Virus record (IMG/VR): IMGVR_UViG_2671180849_000011
Length of the DNA stretch: 13,205 nt
Source of the DNA: a virus
Taxonomy: Duplodnaviria > Heunggongvirae > Uroviricota > Caudoviricetes
Direction: 5' to 3' (one strand)
Each line of letters opens with the position of its first letter. Positions within the stretch are counted from its first letter, which is position 1. The notes under the pieces were generated by a model. It was not told the DNA's origin and made no database searches. It saw only the letters and a program-made list of their open reading frames with translations. Positions 1-7,488 of this stretch are shown piece by piece. A program made the position numbers and the translations under genes.

Positions 1-88
1 CCCCCTGGGCACCGGACCCGCCTCAAAGGTCGGATCATCACAATTGGCGGGGCGATTTTATAGTCGCTTTAAGGTTTATAGACCGGAG

Positions 89-118
89 TTGACTTACCTT
101 CCGGCAACCTGCTAACAT
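89..118 (+). promoter_or_regulatory. candidate sigma70 promoter (TTGACT - 18 bp - TAACAT)
   Basis: -35 TTGACT at 89-94, 18-bp spacer, -10 TAACAT at 113-118; a 10-bp inverted repeat CCTGCTAACA (108-117) / TGTTAGCAGG (142-151) overlaps the -10 and could be an operator. Confidence 0.4.
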
Positions 119-124
119 TAGTCT

Positions 125-215
125 CGCGAGAGGTTGATTTTTGTTAGCAGGTTTTGCCCCGCATCAAAAGGATACCGGAGAAGAGCCCCTTTGTTAACAC
201 TTAGGGGCTTTTTTC
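125..215 (+). ncRNA. candidate small RNA of about 90 nt (promoter-to-terminator unit with no ORF)
   Basis: Predicted start about 125 after the -10; no ATG/GTG-initiated ORF before the terminator; 5' end GCGAGAGGTTGATTT (126-140) is antisense to leader elements at 8510-8527 and 9052-9069 of - strand mRNAs. Confidence 0.3.
184..215 (+). terminator. rho-independent terminator
   Basis: Stem AGCCCCT (184-190) / AGGGGCT (203-209), 12-nt loop, then T-run 209-214; sits just beyond the stop (266-268) of the convergent 708-aa gene. Confidence 0.6.
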
Positions 216-265
216 TTGCCTGGAGTTTATCCGGTCAGGCTAACTTATTGATTTAGATCACAATA

Positions 266-2392
266 TTAGAAAAGCTGGTTAGATTCCTGTGTGGCTTTCC
301 AATCCAACTGATCGCTGACTTCCTTCTGGATCACCCTGGCAATTCCACCCTCATCGATGGTTATCTCCCATTTGCCGGAAATCTCACCTTGTGGAACTAC
401 ATTAACCTGAGCAGGTTGATAGCCACCATTCTGAATAGCCGTACCAGTGCTAGGAGTAGGACGTGACGGGCTAATTGTTGGATATGGATTAAAGGAAGCT
501 CCTTTGCTGATGTAGCTATGGTTATAGGCCCCTGGCTTGGTCATAGCATCCTGCTCATCACTGAGAAGGCCTTTAGATTTAGCCCACTCCCCGAACTGAT
601 CAGCCTTGCTTTGCATCCATCCTCTGAACTTCTCACCTACCGTCTTAGCGCCAAGTGCGCCAGCGACACCAACACCCACACCTGCGGCACTGCCAGCGGC
701 TAATGCTGTTGTTGGGCTTCCAGCGACTGCCCCGCCAGCACCCTTAACGAGATTGCCCAGACCTGGAATCTTGCCTATCAGAGAAATCAGTTGGGTGACA
801 AGTGAAACAAATCCGGTTAGAGGGGAAAGCAGTGTAGTAATAACTTTCAGACCAGCTAAGCCGACTACCAATTTTCCGATAAGCTCGCCAACCTCTGATC
901 CGGTCATGCCGAACTCTTTAGCCTTGACCTCGATATATCCCTTAGCAAAGCCTACCCAATACATGATCTCCCGCATGGCAGCTCCGACTGCCTCACCAAA
1001 CTGTTTTGCCGCGCTCCCGCTGCCGTCCATATCAGTGGTGAGGTCTTCGAAGATGGAGATCAGAGATTCAGATAAGCTAATAACGCCATCTGCAGGATCC
1101 ACAACACCCATAAATTGAATCGCCAGCTCGTTAAAGCTGTTTTTCATGCGCTGCATTGCTACTTCTGGCTGTTTCATGGATTCAGCAAAAGCTTTAGTTT
1201 CTTTTGCAGCACCCCATATTTTCACCAAAGAAGGAAGTAGCTTGTCCAGGGTGATTTTGCCATCTTTAAGGGCTTTATCGAATTCCTGGGCATTCTTGAT
1301 GATTCCGGCATCAATAGCGGCCTGTTGGAAGTCCTGTTGTGAGCCTGCAAAGGCTTCTGACAGTTGGCCCCGCAGCTCTTCAGCCATAACTTTTCCCTTT
1401 GAAGCCATTTGTTGGACCGCAACAAGCGCCCTGTTCTGTTGCTCACCAGTAGCACCCACTGAGCGGCCTTTAATAGCCATAGCCTCAAAGAGAGCCTGCT
1501 TATCAGATTCCTTCATGGTGGGGGTAGCTGCAGCAAAGCGCATGTAGCCCCCTTGCATCTCCCGCTCATCCATCCCATAGGTGTAGGCTGTGTTCTTGAT
1601 AAAAGCCATCTGCTGATCAGTCTTGGCTTTATCATCCTTGTTCTGTGCCATCAAACCGAAGTAGGCACTGTTGCGATCTGCAAGGCTACCCATAGCACCA
1701 CTAACAGCACGCTGAACACCCCAGCCAGCGGCAGTAAGGCCAATGGCTATCTTGCCTAGTGTGGAGTTGATTTTGCCCAGGTTGTCATGCACCTTGCTGG
1801 CACCTGATGCCAGTTTATCCAGTCTGCTCTGAAATTTTCCGGCCTCTACTGTTGCCATCTTCATTTCAGATCTGAGCCGGGCCATTTTCTGATTATAGGT
1901 CTGCAGGTTAATAGCCCCTTTAGCATAATCAGCATTAACTCTCTGGATTCTGGATTGGAACTGAGCAACCAGGGAGCCATCAAACATGCTGCTGATTCGT
2001 GCACTGTTGGCCCCTACACGGGCCTTTCTGTGCTGAACATCTCCAACACTACGATCTAACAGTTTTTGTTGTCTGGCGGCCTCTCTGGCTTGCTGCTGAT
2101 AGAACTTGCGCATAGAGGAGAGCTCCGGATTATTGCCCCCGGTCAGACGGCTAACAGCCTGAGCACGTTGTTTCTTCTGTGCTCTGGCGATCTGCTCTTC
2201 CACCTTAGCGCGTGTTCTTTGTGTTCTGAGCACAGCCTGATTAGATTTAAAATCAGCTTTAGCTATATCGTCGGTAGCTTTCTTCCAGGATTTTTTATAA
2301 TCCTCAAGCCGTTTAACTTCTTTTCGCCAGCTGGATTTATCAGAATCCCAGTAAATAACGTTTGTTAGTCTGGCGATTTCCTTCATTGCCAT
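266..2392 (-). CDS. tail tape-measure-like protein (708 aa)
   Basis: Long ORF; N-terminal Q/R/A/K-rich predicted coiled coil; central segment (ALVAVQQMASKGKVMAEELRGQLSEAFAGS...) that I read as tape-measure-like; Gly/Ala/Val-rich hydrophobic stretch typical of tape measure proteins; RBS GGCGAGGTG before ATG at 2392; translationally coupled to the upstream gene. Confidence 0.55.
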   Translation of the reverse strand: MAMKEIARLTNVIYWDSDKSSWRKEVKRLEDYKKSWKKATDDIAKADFKSNQAVLRTQRTRAKVEEQIARAQKKQRAQAVSRLTGGNNPELSSMRKFYQQQAREAARQQKLLDRSVGDVQHRKARVGANSARISSMFDGSLVAQFQSRIQRVNADYAKGAINLQTYNQKMARLRSEMKMATVEAGKFQSRLDKLASGASKVHDNLGKINSTLGKIAIGLTAAGWGVQRAVSGAMGSLADRNSAYFGLMAQNKDDKAKTDQQMAFIKNTAYTYGMDEREMQGGYMRFAAATPTMKESDKQALFEAMAIKGRSVGATGEQQNRALVAVQQMASKGKVMAEELRGQLSEAFAGSQQDFQQAAIDAGIIKNAQEFDKALKDGKITLDKLLPSLVKIWGAAKETKAFAESMKQPEVAMQRMKNSFNELAIQFMGVVDPADGVISLSESLISIFEDLTTDMDGSGSAAKQFGEAVGAAMREIMYWVGFAKGYIEVKAKEFGMTGSEVGELIGKLVVGLAGLKVITTLLSPLTGFVSLVTQLISLIGKIPGLGNLVKGAGGAVAGSPTTALAAGSAAGVGVGVAGALGAKTVGEKFRGWMQSKADQFGEWAKSKGLLSDEQDAMTKPGAYNHSYISKGASFNPYPTISPSRPTPSTGTAIQNGGYQPAQVNVVPQGEISGKWEITIDEGGIARVIQKEVSDQLDWKATQESNQLF

Positions 2393-2395
2393 CTC

Positions 2396-2581
2396 TTACA
2401 CCTCGCCCTGTCTTAAAGATTTTGATAATGAAATAGCTCTTTTCAGGGCCTCTTTATCAATATTATATTTCTCCGCAAGCTCTTCGATTGAGAGGTCACC
2501 AGAGGAAGAAGCCCCGCCCTTAATGACGGGAGCATTGTTATCACTTTTTAATTTTTGATAAATCTTTTCGTAGGTATTCAT
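2396..2581 (-). CDS. hypothetical small protein (61 aa) with helix-turn-helix-like segment
   Basis: ATG at 2581 one nt after stop of the upstream gene (TGA-T-ATG); its stop TAA 2396-2398 lies 3 nt before the tape-measure ATG; segment LSIEELAEKYNIDKEALKRAI looks HTH-like. Confidence 0.45.
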   Translation of the reverse strand: MNTYEKIYQKLKSDNNAPVIKGGASSSGDLSIEELAEKYNIDKEALKRAISLSKSLRQGEV

Positions 2582-2582
2582 A

Positions 2583-2966
2583 TCATTTGCCTTTGCGTCT
2601 TAGTGGACACTTATCGCCAATAGTCCACACAAAAATATAATGGCGCTTGCTTTCAGCTTTAGGATTTAATAATTCTTTATGCAAATATCCGGCTGACAGC
2701 ATTTGATCGACCAGGTTTTTCACTCTTTGCCCTTCCTCAAACGTTTGTGTTTTGAAATAGAGATTTGGAAAGTTTTGGCCTGTATATTTTCCATCTTCAT
2801 ATAAGCGGGTGCATACCCAGCGACATAAATCATCATCGTTAAAATCACTAACGTGTGGTTTATCCTCACTGCTAAATAACGCCTGTTTAAAACGGGAGTA
2901 TTTAAACTCCCCATCTTCCAGGAAATCACCCTCATCGAATTCAACTATCATTTCTTCAATATTCAT
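2583..2966 (-). CDS. hypothetical acidic protein (127 aa from second ATG; 129 aa if ATG 2972)
   Basis: ORF in track; SD AAGGA is 7 nt before ATG at 2966; D/E-rich N-terminal half; occupies the position where tail assembly chaperones usually sit but no slippery heptamer seen. Confidence 0.5.
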   Translation of the reverse strand: MNIEEMIVEFDEGDFLEDGEFKYSRFKQALFSSEDKPHVSDFNDDDLCRWVCTRLYEDGKYTGQNFPNLYFKTQTFEEGQRVKNLVDQMLSAGYLHKELLNPKAESKRHYIFVWTIGDKCPLRRKGK

Positions 2967-3010
2967 AGGCATATCCTTTTAGATAAACATGAAAAGTAAG
3001 ATAAATAAAG

Positions 3011-3033
3011 GCACCCCCATTTTTTGAGGGTGC
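3011..3033 (-). terminator. intrinsic terminator-like hairpin (bidirectional context)
   Basis: Stem GCACCC (3011-3016) / GGGTGC (3028-3033) with T-rich loop; U-rich tail on the - strand (CTTTATTTAT, complement of 3001-3010) directly after the stop of the 147-aa gene at 3041. Confidence 0.4.
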
Positions 3034-3040
3034 TTATTAA

Positions 3041-3484
3041 TCATTCAAGATTTACCAGTTTGAGAGGCTTCACCGCCTGCAGCATGGCCTGCATCATTCC
3101 TACGCTTATTTCGAAGAGGTCTGCCATGTTTTGAAGGCTGGCACCTTCTGCCTCGATCATTGATTTGGAGAGCGCCGCGATCACGAATCCATCTTTGGCG
3201 TTATCCCACATGCTGATAAGAGGATCCTCACCGTGCTGGCGCATAAGGTCCTGAATCATCCACAGGCGCATTGCCATAACCACCAAATCGACATAAAAAA
3301 CATCACCATTGGCGGACTTGCATTCAGCAAAAGCGTGGTGTCTGTGTTTTAAGAAGTGCTCTTTGTCACGGGTAAATGCCAGGGTGTTGGTAAACTTGCC
3401 ATCTAAAAGATCCTGGCGAACTTTTGAATCTTCAGCGTCGATAGCTTTGATAACCTGGGATAATAATTTAGCGATTTGAGACAT
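3041..3484 (-). CDS. hypothetical protein (147 aa; track ORF extends to 3514)
   Basis: SD AAGGA 7 nt before internal ATG at 3484 (MSQIAKLL...); predicted helical protein with no recognisable motif. Confidence 0.5.
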   Translation of the reverse strand: MSQIAKLLSQVIKAIDAEDSKVRQDLLDGKFTNTLAFTRDKEHFLKHRHHAFAECKSANGDVFYVDLVVMAMRLWMIQDLMRQHGEDPLISMWDNAKDGFVIAALSKSMIEAEGASLQNMADLFEISVGMMQAMLQAVKPLKLVNLE

Positions 3485-3572
3485 TTGGAATTCCTTAAAA
3501 TTTATATGAGCCATCCGGCATATTTACCGGACGGCAGAATCAATAACTTGCGGCATATGTGAAGGCTATAAG

Positions 3573-4058
3573 CTATTTGCGCTGCATTGCTTTCCGGACT
3601 TTATTGCTGTGGCGGCGGTAGATGAATATAAATTCGCGATAAGCACGACTACCGGGCTTAGGCAAACGTTGATTAAGCTCCTTACGTGGCAGGAGGTCGC
3701 TCAACAAGCCCCAGACATGAAAGCAGGTTACTTTTAATTCTTTTGCTATCTCTTCAATATTCATCCCGCAATTCCACATTAAAAGAGATTTGCGGCGGCG
3801 ATCTTCGAAGACATTTCTATCTCTATCTATTTCGTTATAGACACTGAGGGGAACTCGACACCGTGGATTCCAGGATTCTTCATATAGTTTTTGGACTTTC
3901 TCAAGTTTAACGCCTGTATATTCCGCCACGAATTCAGGGGTAAAGCCCTCGACTAATAAGTGTTTGGCCTGTCGTGTTGGTTGATCATCACTGGGGAGAT
4001 ATTTCTGCAGTGCTACCAGTTTTTCAAATTGGGAATCAGAAAGATCAGATTTGAACAT
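3573..4058 (-). CDS. hypothetical DNA-binding protein (161 aa) with two HTH-like segments
   Basis: ATG 4058 preceded by GGAG at 8-nt spacing; segments FTPEFVAEYTGVKLEKVQKL and GMNIEEIAKELKVTCFHVWGLL resemble HTH motifs; basic C-terminus. Confidence 0.5.
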   Translation of the reverse strand: MFKSDLSDSQFEKLVALQKYLPSDDQPTRQAKHLLVEGFTPEFVAEYTGVKLEKVQKLYEESWNPRCRVPLSVYNEIDRDRNVFEDRRRKSLLMWNCGMNIEEIAKELKVTCFHVWGLLSDLLPRKELNQRLPKPGSRAYREFIFIYRRHSNKVRKAMQRK

Positions 4059-4146
4059 GATTAATTCTCCGAACGTTTAAAAGATCAGGGCAATCAATCT
4101 AGTTCTAGTAATTCTATGTTTAGTTTATTTAGTTTATTTGGGGGTG

Positions 4147-4293
4147 TTAATAAGGGATGTCAGAATCATTTTCTTCATCTGCTGGATCTTCAGCTAACCA
4201 ACCACAATATTCTTCCCAATATGAAAAATGTTGTGATAGTTCATCTTCAAAATATTTTTCCTTTTCCAGGTAATAATCAAAATCGCCATACAT
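4147..4293 (-). CDS. small highly acidic aromatic-rich protein (48 aa), not in ORF track
   Basis: ATG 4293 with SD AAGGAAG at 6-nt spacing, stop TAA 4147-4149; translation MYGDFDYYLEKEKYFEDELSQHFSYWEEYCGWLAEDPADEENDSDIPY has 16 D/E versus 2 K and no R; fills the gap between two called genes on the same strand. Confidence 0.35.
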   Translation of the reverse strand: MYGDFDYYLEKEKYFEDELSQHFSYWEEYCGWLAEDPADEENDSDIPY

Positions 4294-4334
4294 TTTAAAC
4301 TTCCTTAAACAAAAAAATAAGATTATCAGTGTTT

Positions 4335-5231
4335 TTATTTAAACTCTAAAATGCCTTTTTTATTTTTTCTAACATTTCTCCACAATATTTCGGGATAATC
4401 TCCGCAGGTTTTATCTAACAATATTTCGAATCCCATCCCAATAAGCTTATTTGCAAAAATAAAAACAGGTCTGGTTAAATGCCAGTATTCTTCCGGTTTC
4501 CAGATTTCACCCTCTATTTTCCCTTTATGTTGGCTTACCTCTTCTGCGGTGTAAAAATCCTCCTGAATCTTTGACAAAAGGATCGGGCGACGTTTGTTTA
4601 AATCTTTGTATTTGCTTTCCCACAGTGATCGCATTATGCCTTTAGCCTCACTCTCACCCAGGACAATCCAGCCCCCATCGGTTACATCTTTCACAGGACG
4701 GCCCCGGCGTGGCTTGTCACTAACAGCGTTAATTTGAGGCGCTTTAGTGTCTTGGGTAGGCAATTGCACCACCTTAGCCTTTTTAGCTTGCTGTGTGGCT
4801 TGTTTTGGGGCTTCTTGCGGGTGTTTCTCTTCACTACCTGCATTGCTCATAGGTTGTATTCCTTGAGCGTCACACATTTTGCAGATTTGAGAAGGAGTAA
4901 TTAACAGTTTGTAATGATTAGATTTGCCTTTACTTTTAATTACTGAAATAAGCCCGGCATTTTCCAGAGTTTTGATAGATTCAATGATTTTTCTATCACT
5001 CACACCACATATTTTTGCTAAGGTCTGCTCTGAGATAAATATTTCTTGCCCGTTTAAATGAAAACCTGCCATTTTTCCATAGATTGTTACCTCTATCAGG
5101 TCTAAATTAAATCGCTCTTTTGTTTTTCCAGTCTTTTTATTAGCAATTGTTGTTGCTACTGGTTTATCAAAAGTATACTGAATGAGGCGTTCGAAATGGG
5201 GATTAAAAACCTCCCCGTAATTACTTGCCAT
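4335..5231 (-). CDS. winged-helix DNA-binding protein (298 aa), replication-initiator-like or antirepressor-like
   Basis: ATG at 5231 preceded by GGGGGA; N-terminal wHTH-like segment ISEQTLAKICGVSDRKIIESIKTLENAGLISV; central P/Q/K/A-rich linker with KPRRGRPVK (AT-hook-like); architecture recalls lambda O-type initiators (from memory, unverified). Confidence 0.5.
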   Translation of the reverse strand: MASNYGEVFNPHFERLIQYTFDKPVATTIANKKTGKTKERFNLDLIEVTIYGKMAGFHLNGQEIFISEQTLAKICGVSDRKIIESIKTLENAGLISVIKSKGKSNHYKLLITPSQICKMCDAQGIQPMSNAGSEEKHPQEAPKQATQQAKKAKVVQLPTQDTKAPQINAVSDKPRRGRPVKDVTDGGWIVLGESEAKGIMRSLWESKYKDLNKRRPILLSKIQEDFYTAEEVSQHKGKIEGEIWKPEEYWHLTRPVFIFANKLIGMGFEILLDKTCGDYPEILWRNVRKNKKGILEFK

Positions 5232-5244
5232 AGTTCCCCCACAG

Positions 5245-5460
5245 TTATTTATTAATGTTGTTGGTGTATTTAGCCAGCTCACGCTCAAGGCGGAGACGAT
5301 TCAGTTCTAAAATTGCCGCTTCAATGTGTGGATATTCTCCTTTGTGTTTACGAATAAATGCATAAACGGAAGTTTTTCGAAAGTTACCTTTAAGCACGTT
5401 CTCGACGATTTCGTCAGTAGTCCAGTTTACCAGCTGGCTTATCGGTCCGGTTTTAGCCAT
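5245..5460 (-). CDS. hypothetical small protein (71 aa)
   Basis: ATG 5460 preceded by SD AGGAGA at 7-nt spacing; stop 13 nt before the next start; basic, possibly DNA-binding. Confidence 0.5.
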   Translation of the reverse strand: MAKTGPISQLVNWTTDEIVENVLKGNFRKTSVYAFIRKHKGEYPHIEAAILELNRLRLERELAKYTNNINK

Positions 5461-5592
5461 GATTCAATCTCCTGTTAGCTCACTAACCTGTGCGATATAT
5501 GGTTAAAAAGAAACGGGAACTTAAGACAAGCCCCCGCATTTTTGTTTAAGGAAATTCACTATGATGAGAATTACCCTATGATTTATATTTTA

Positions 5593-5742
5593 TCAGCTAT
5601 TTGCGAGATTGTCAACAATCTTTTTGTATTTATCTATCATTTTTTCTTCAAGGTTGTCGATTGCAGCTACTCCGGCTATGTAGGCAACACCGCACCACAG
5701 TACAGCCAGGTTGATGATCGCTATAGCGTCGCTCAGTTCCAC
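5593..5742 (-). CDS. small single-pass membrane protein (49 aa, GTG start), not in ORF track
   Basis: GTG 5742 preceded by GGAGG at 5-nt spacing; translation VELSDAIAIINLAVLWCGVAYIAGVAAIDNLEEKMIDKYKKIVDNLANS is one hydrophobic helix plus charged tail; stop TGA 5593-5595. Confidence 0.3.
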   Translation of the reverse strand: MELSDAIAIINLAVLWCGVAYIAGVAAIDNLEEKMIDKYKKIVDNLANS

Positions 5743-5786
5743 GTTGACCTCCGGATCTGTTTCTCCCACTATCTATAATCTTATCA

Positions 5787-5808
5787 TATTGACAACCAAT
5801 TGTCAATA
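5787..5808. promoter_or_regulatory. palindromic operator overlapping candidate leftward promoter
   Basis: Perfect inverted repeat TTGACAA (5789-5795) - CCAA - TTGTCAA (5800-5806), arms extend to 9 bp; on the - strand TTGACA, 17-bp spacer, TAAGAT; a third half-site TTGTCAAT at 5929-5936. Confidence 0.4.
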
Positions 5809-6424
5809 GGAATCATTATCATTTAGGCGAGCTATAGGTACAAACAAGTCCACAGCAAAGGGGTAAGCATTATTAATGGCCCCTACCGTGTCAAAACCAA
5901 AGTCACTTATAGCATTTATGCAATAAGATTGTCAATGGCCCACAAGGGAGGGAGAGCACTTTTTGCCTTAAGCGCTCTAAAATCGATTCTAACGCGATTT
6001 AGAGGTCAGGTAATGCAATTGCACTACTCACACAAGTTAATGCAGCCAGAAGGCCATTTAGGGGCCTTATTTTCGATTTCTGAGCGTCCTGTTACGTGTG
6101 TGCATACACGGGCGCGCGGAATCCCTCGCTTAAACGGTCCGGATTGGAAACAGAAGTCTCTTATCCGGACTCCACATTATATAGCTACGTGCTATCGCAC
6201 TACGCTACCCACACACAGGCCGACGTAGTCGGTTTAGCTGTATAGCTAAAGTCACAGAGTGACCCACACACAGATTGCCTAAAGAGTCGCTAATGCTCTT
6301 TAGGCTTTCATTTGTGGGTTAAGCTTTTCCCTTAGAAAACCTTCCCCACTCTCTGATCCCTCCCCATTCCCCTTGGGGGGTTAGGGGGGGATCTGTTGTG
6401 TGATCTATTAATTTATCTATTAGA

Positions 6425-6645
6425 GTGAGAAATTTTCAGGGGTACTAGTGAGAAATCTTCGGTAGTAGTGGTGAGAAATTCTCAGGGGTGTGGGTAGGTA
6501 TGGTGGTTAAGTAGTGAGAAATCTTCAGTAGTTAGAGGCTGTGTATCATGGGGGCAATGACTGCAAAACGGGAAAGCATGACTGTATAAACACACAGGTG
6601 TGAAAATTCTTCACAGGTTAGCGACACCGGAAAAATCTTCAGTAG
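6425..6645. repeat. iteron-like direct repeats, six copies of about 18 bp (consensus GTGAGAAATCTTCAG(G/T)(G/A)G)
   Basis: Copies at 6425-6442, 6448-6465, 6471-6488 (exact 23-bp phasing), 6514-6531, 6598-6617 (degenerate), 6630-6645; preceded by G-run GGGGGGTTAGGGGGGG 6375-6390. Confidence 0.6.
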
Positions 6646-6655
6646 TGTCTATCTG

Positions 6656-6753
6656 CATATGTGGGAAATACACCCTTATTGACCTATTTTGACTAGCAAA
6701 CCTCTCTCTTCTCTCTTTGCTCTGATTTCCTCTCATGTGTGGGAAATATGCAT
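6656..6753. repeat. second repeat family CAT(A/G)TGTGGGAAATA (two copies) flanking a CT-rich tract
   Basis: catatgtgggaaata at 6656-6670 and catgtgtgggaaata at 6734-6748; pyrimidine-rich tract 6701-6734; a related copy aaaatgtgggatata near 7047-7061. Confidence 0.45.
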
Positions 6754-7488
6754 ACCAACACCCGTTGATTTTATCAATAGCTATGTTGACCGGGCATCAT
6801 AAGTGTGGCCCCTGAGGCAGTCCATCCTTCCCTCACACAGGACAATGAATATATAAAGAACATGAAAGACTGTTCACACCAACACGCCGATAAATTGCCT
6901 GAAGAGGCTTACATGGGGTTATTGTTGTGTGGGTAATGGTGATCATGCTAACAGATTATGTTAATCAGATGTAAATTCCGATTTTGTGGTCTGCATGGAG
7001 CAAACTATACTGGTTAAATGATCAGGGGAATGACTACAAAACAATCAAAAATGTGGGATATAGCCATCTACACGTCTAATGTGCTGTGTGGGGTGTTAGT
7101 GCATGCTTACATGTAAGTCATTGATTTGAAGGGTTGGGAAAATTGCATTTAACATAATAGATCTTATCTACACTAATAAAGCGAACTACAAAATCTGATT
7201 TAAAAATCATGATCAGTGGGCACAGAATTTACGTACAGCCACCTGAATAAATAATGTGCACAACATACAGCAAAGCTTAAGAATTAACATAATAGCAACG
7301 TGGTCAGTAGTGGTGTGATATTTGAGAATTGTTAGAAGAAAAAAGGGAGGTGGGGGAGCGCCTGCCTGGCACCTCAGACGAGTTACCCATAAGCTCAAAT
7401 ACCGCTAATGGATATTTCTGACACCCACACCCAAGACCGCTTTCAGCACATAGCCATATAGCCACACAGGACCGCACAGGATGCAATT

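Noticed and set aside
17-62. Hairpin CCCGCC / GGCGGG followed by ATTTTAT at the window start
   Set aside because: Long 23-nt loop and displaced T-run make a weak terminator; upstream context is cut by the window edge.
518-2368. Track ORFs on the + strand (518-703, 606-1118, 1146-1547, 1553-1759, 2066-2368) and the - strand ORF 1222-1488
   Set aside because: All lie inside or antisense to the 708-aa gene, lack an SD, and have low-complexity P/T/A- or S/C-rich translations typical of shadow ORFs.
2583-2600. Programmed frameshift joining the 127-aa and 61-aa genes, as in tail chaperone G/GT pairs
   Set aside because: No slippery heptamer at the junction; the downstream gene is in the +1 frame with its own ATG; simple coupling is enough.
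2720-2944. - strand ORF of 74 aa
   Set aside because: Alternative frame fully inside the 127-aa gene; no SD.
4116-4298. + strand ORF of 60 aa
   Set aside because: Antisense to the better-supported acidic micro-ORF (4147-4293); no SD; odd composition.
5542-5778. + strand ORF of 78 aa
   Set aside because: No SD and an implausible F/Y/V-rich translation; the overlapping - strand GTG ORF with GGAGG and a clean hydrophobic helix fits better (itself low confidence).
5929-6228. + strand ORF of 99 aa in the ORF-free region
   Set aside because: R/H/T-rich translation, no SD, region full of repeats; more likely non-coding or a decayed pseudogene.
6375-6390. GGGGGGTTAGGGGGGG as a G-quadruplex or telomere-like element
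   Set aside because: Only two G-tracts, so an intramolecular quadruplex is not supported; noted as a G-run bordering the iterons only.
6425-6645. CRISPR array interpretation of the 18-bp repeats
   Set aside because: Repeats are short, degenerate and irregularly spaced after the first three, spacers are not unique-length units, and no cas genes are present; iterons fit better.
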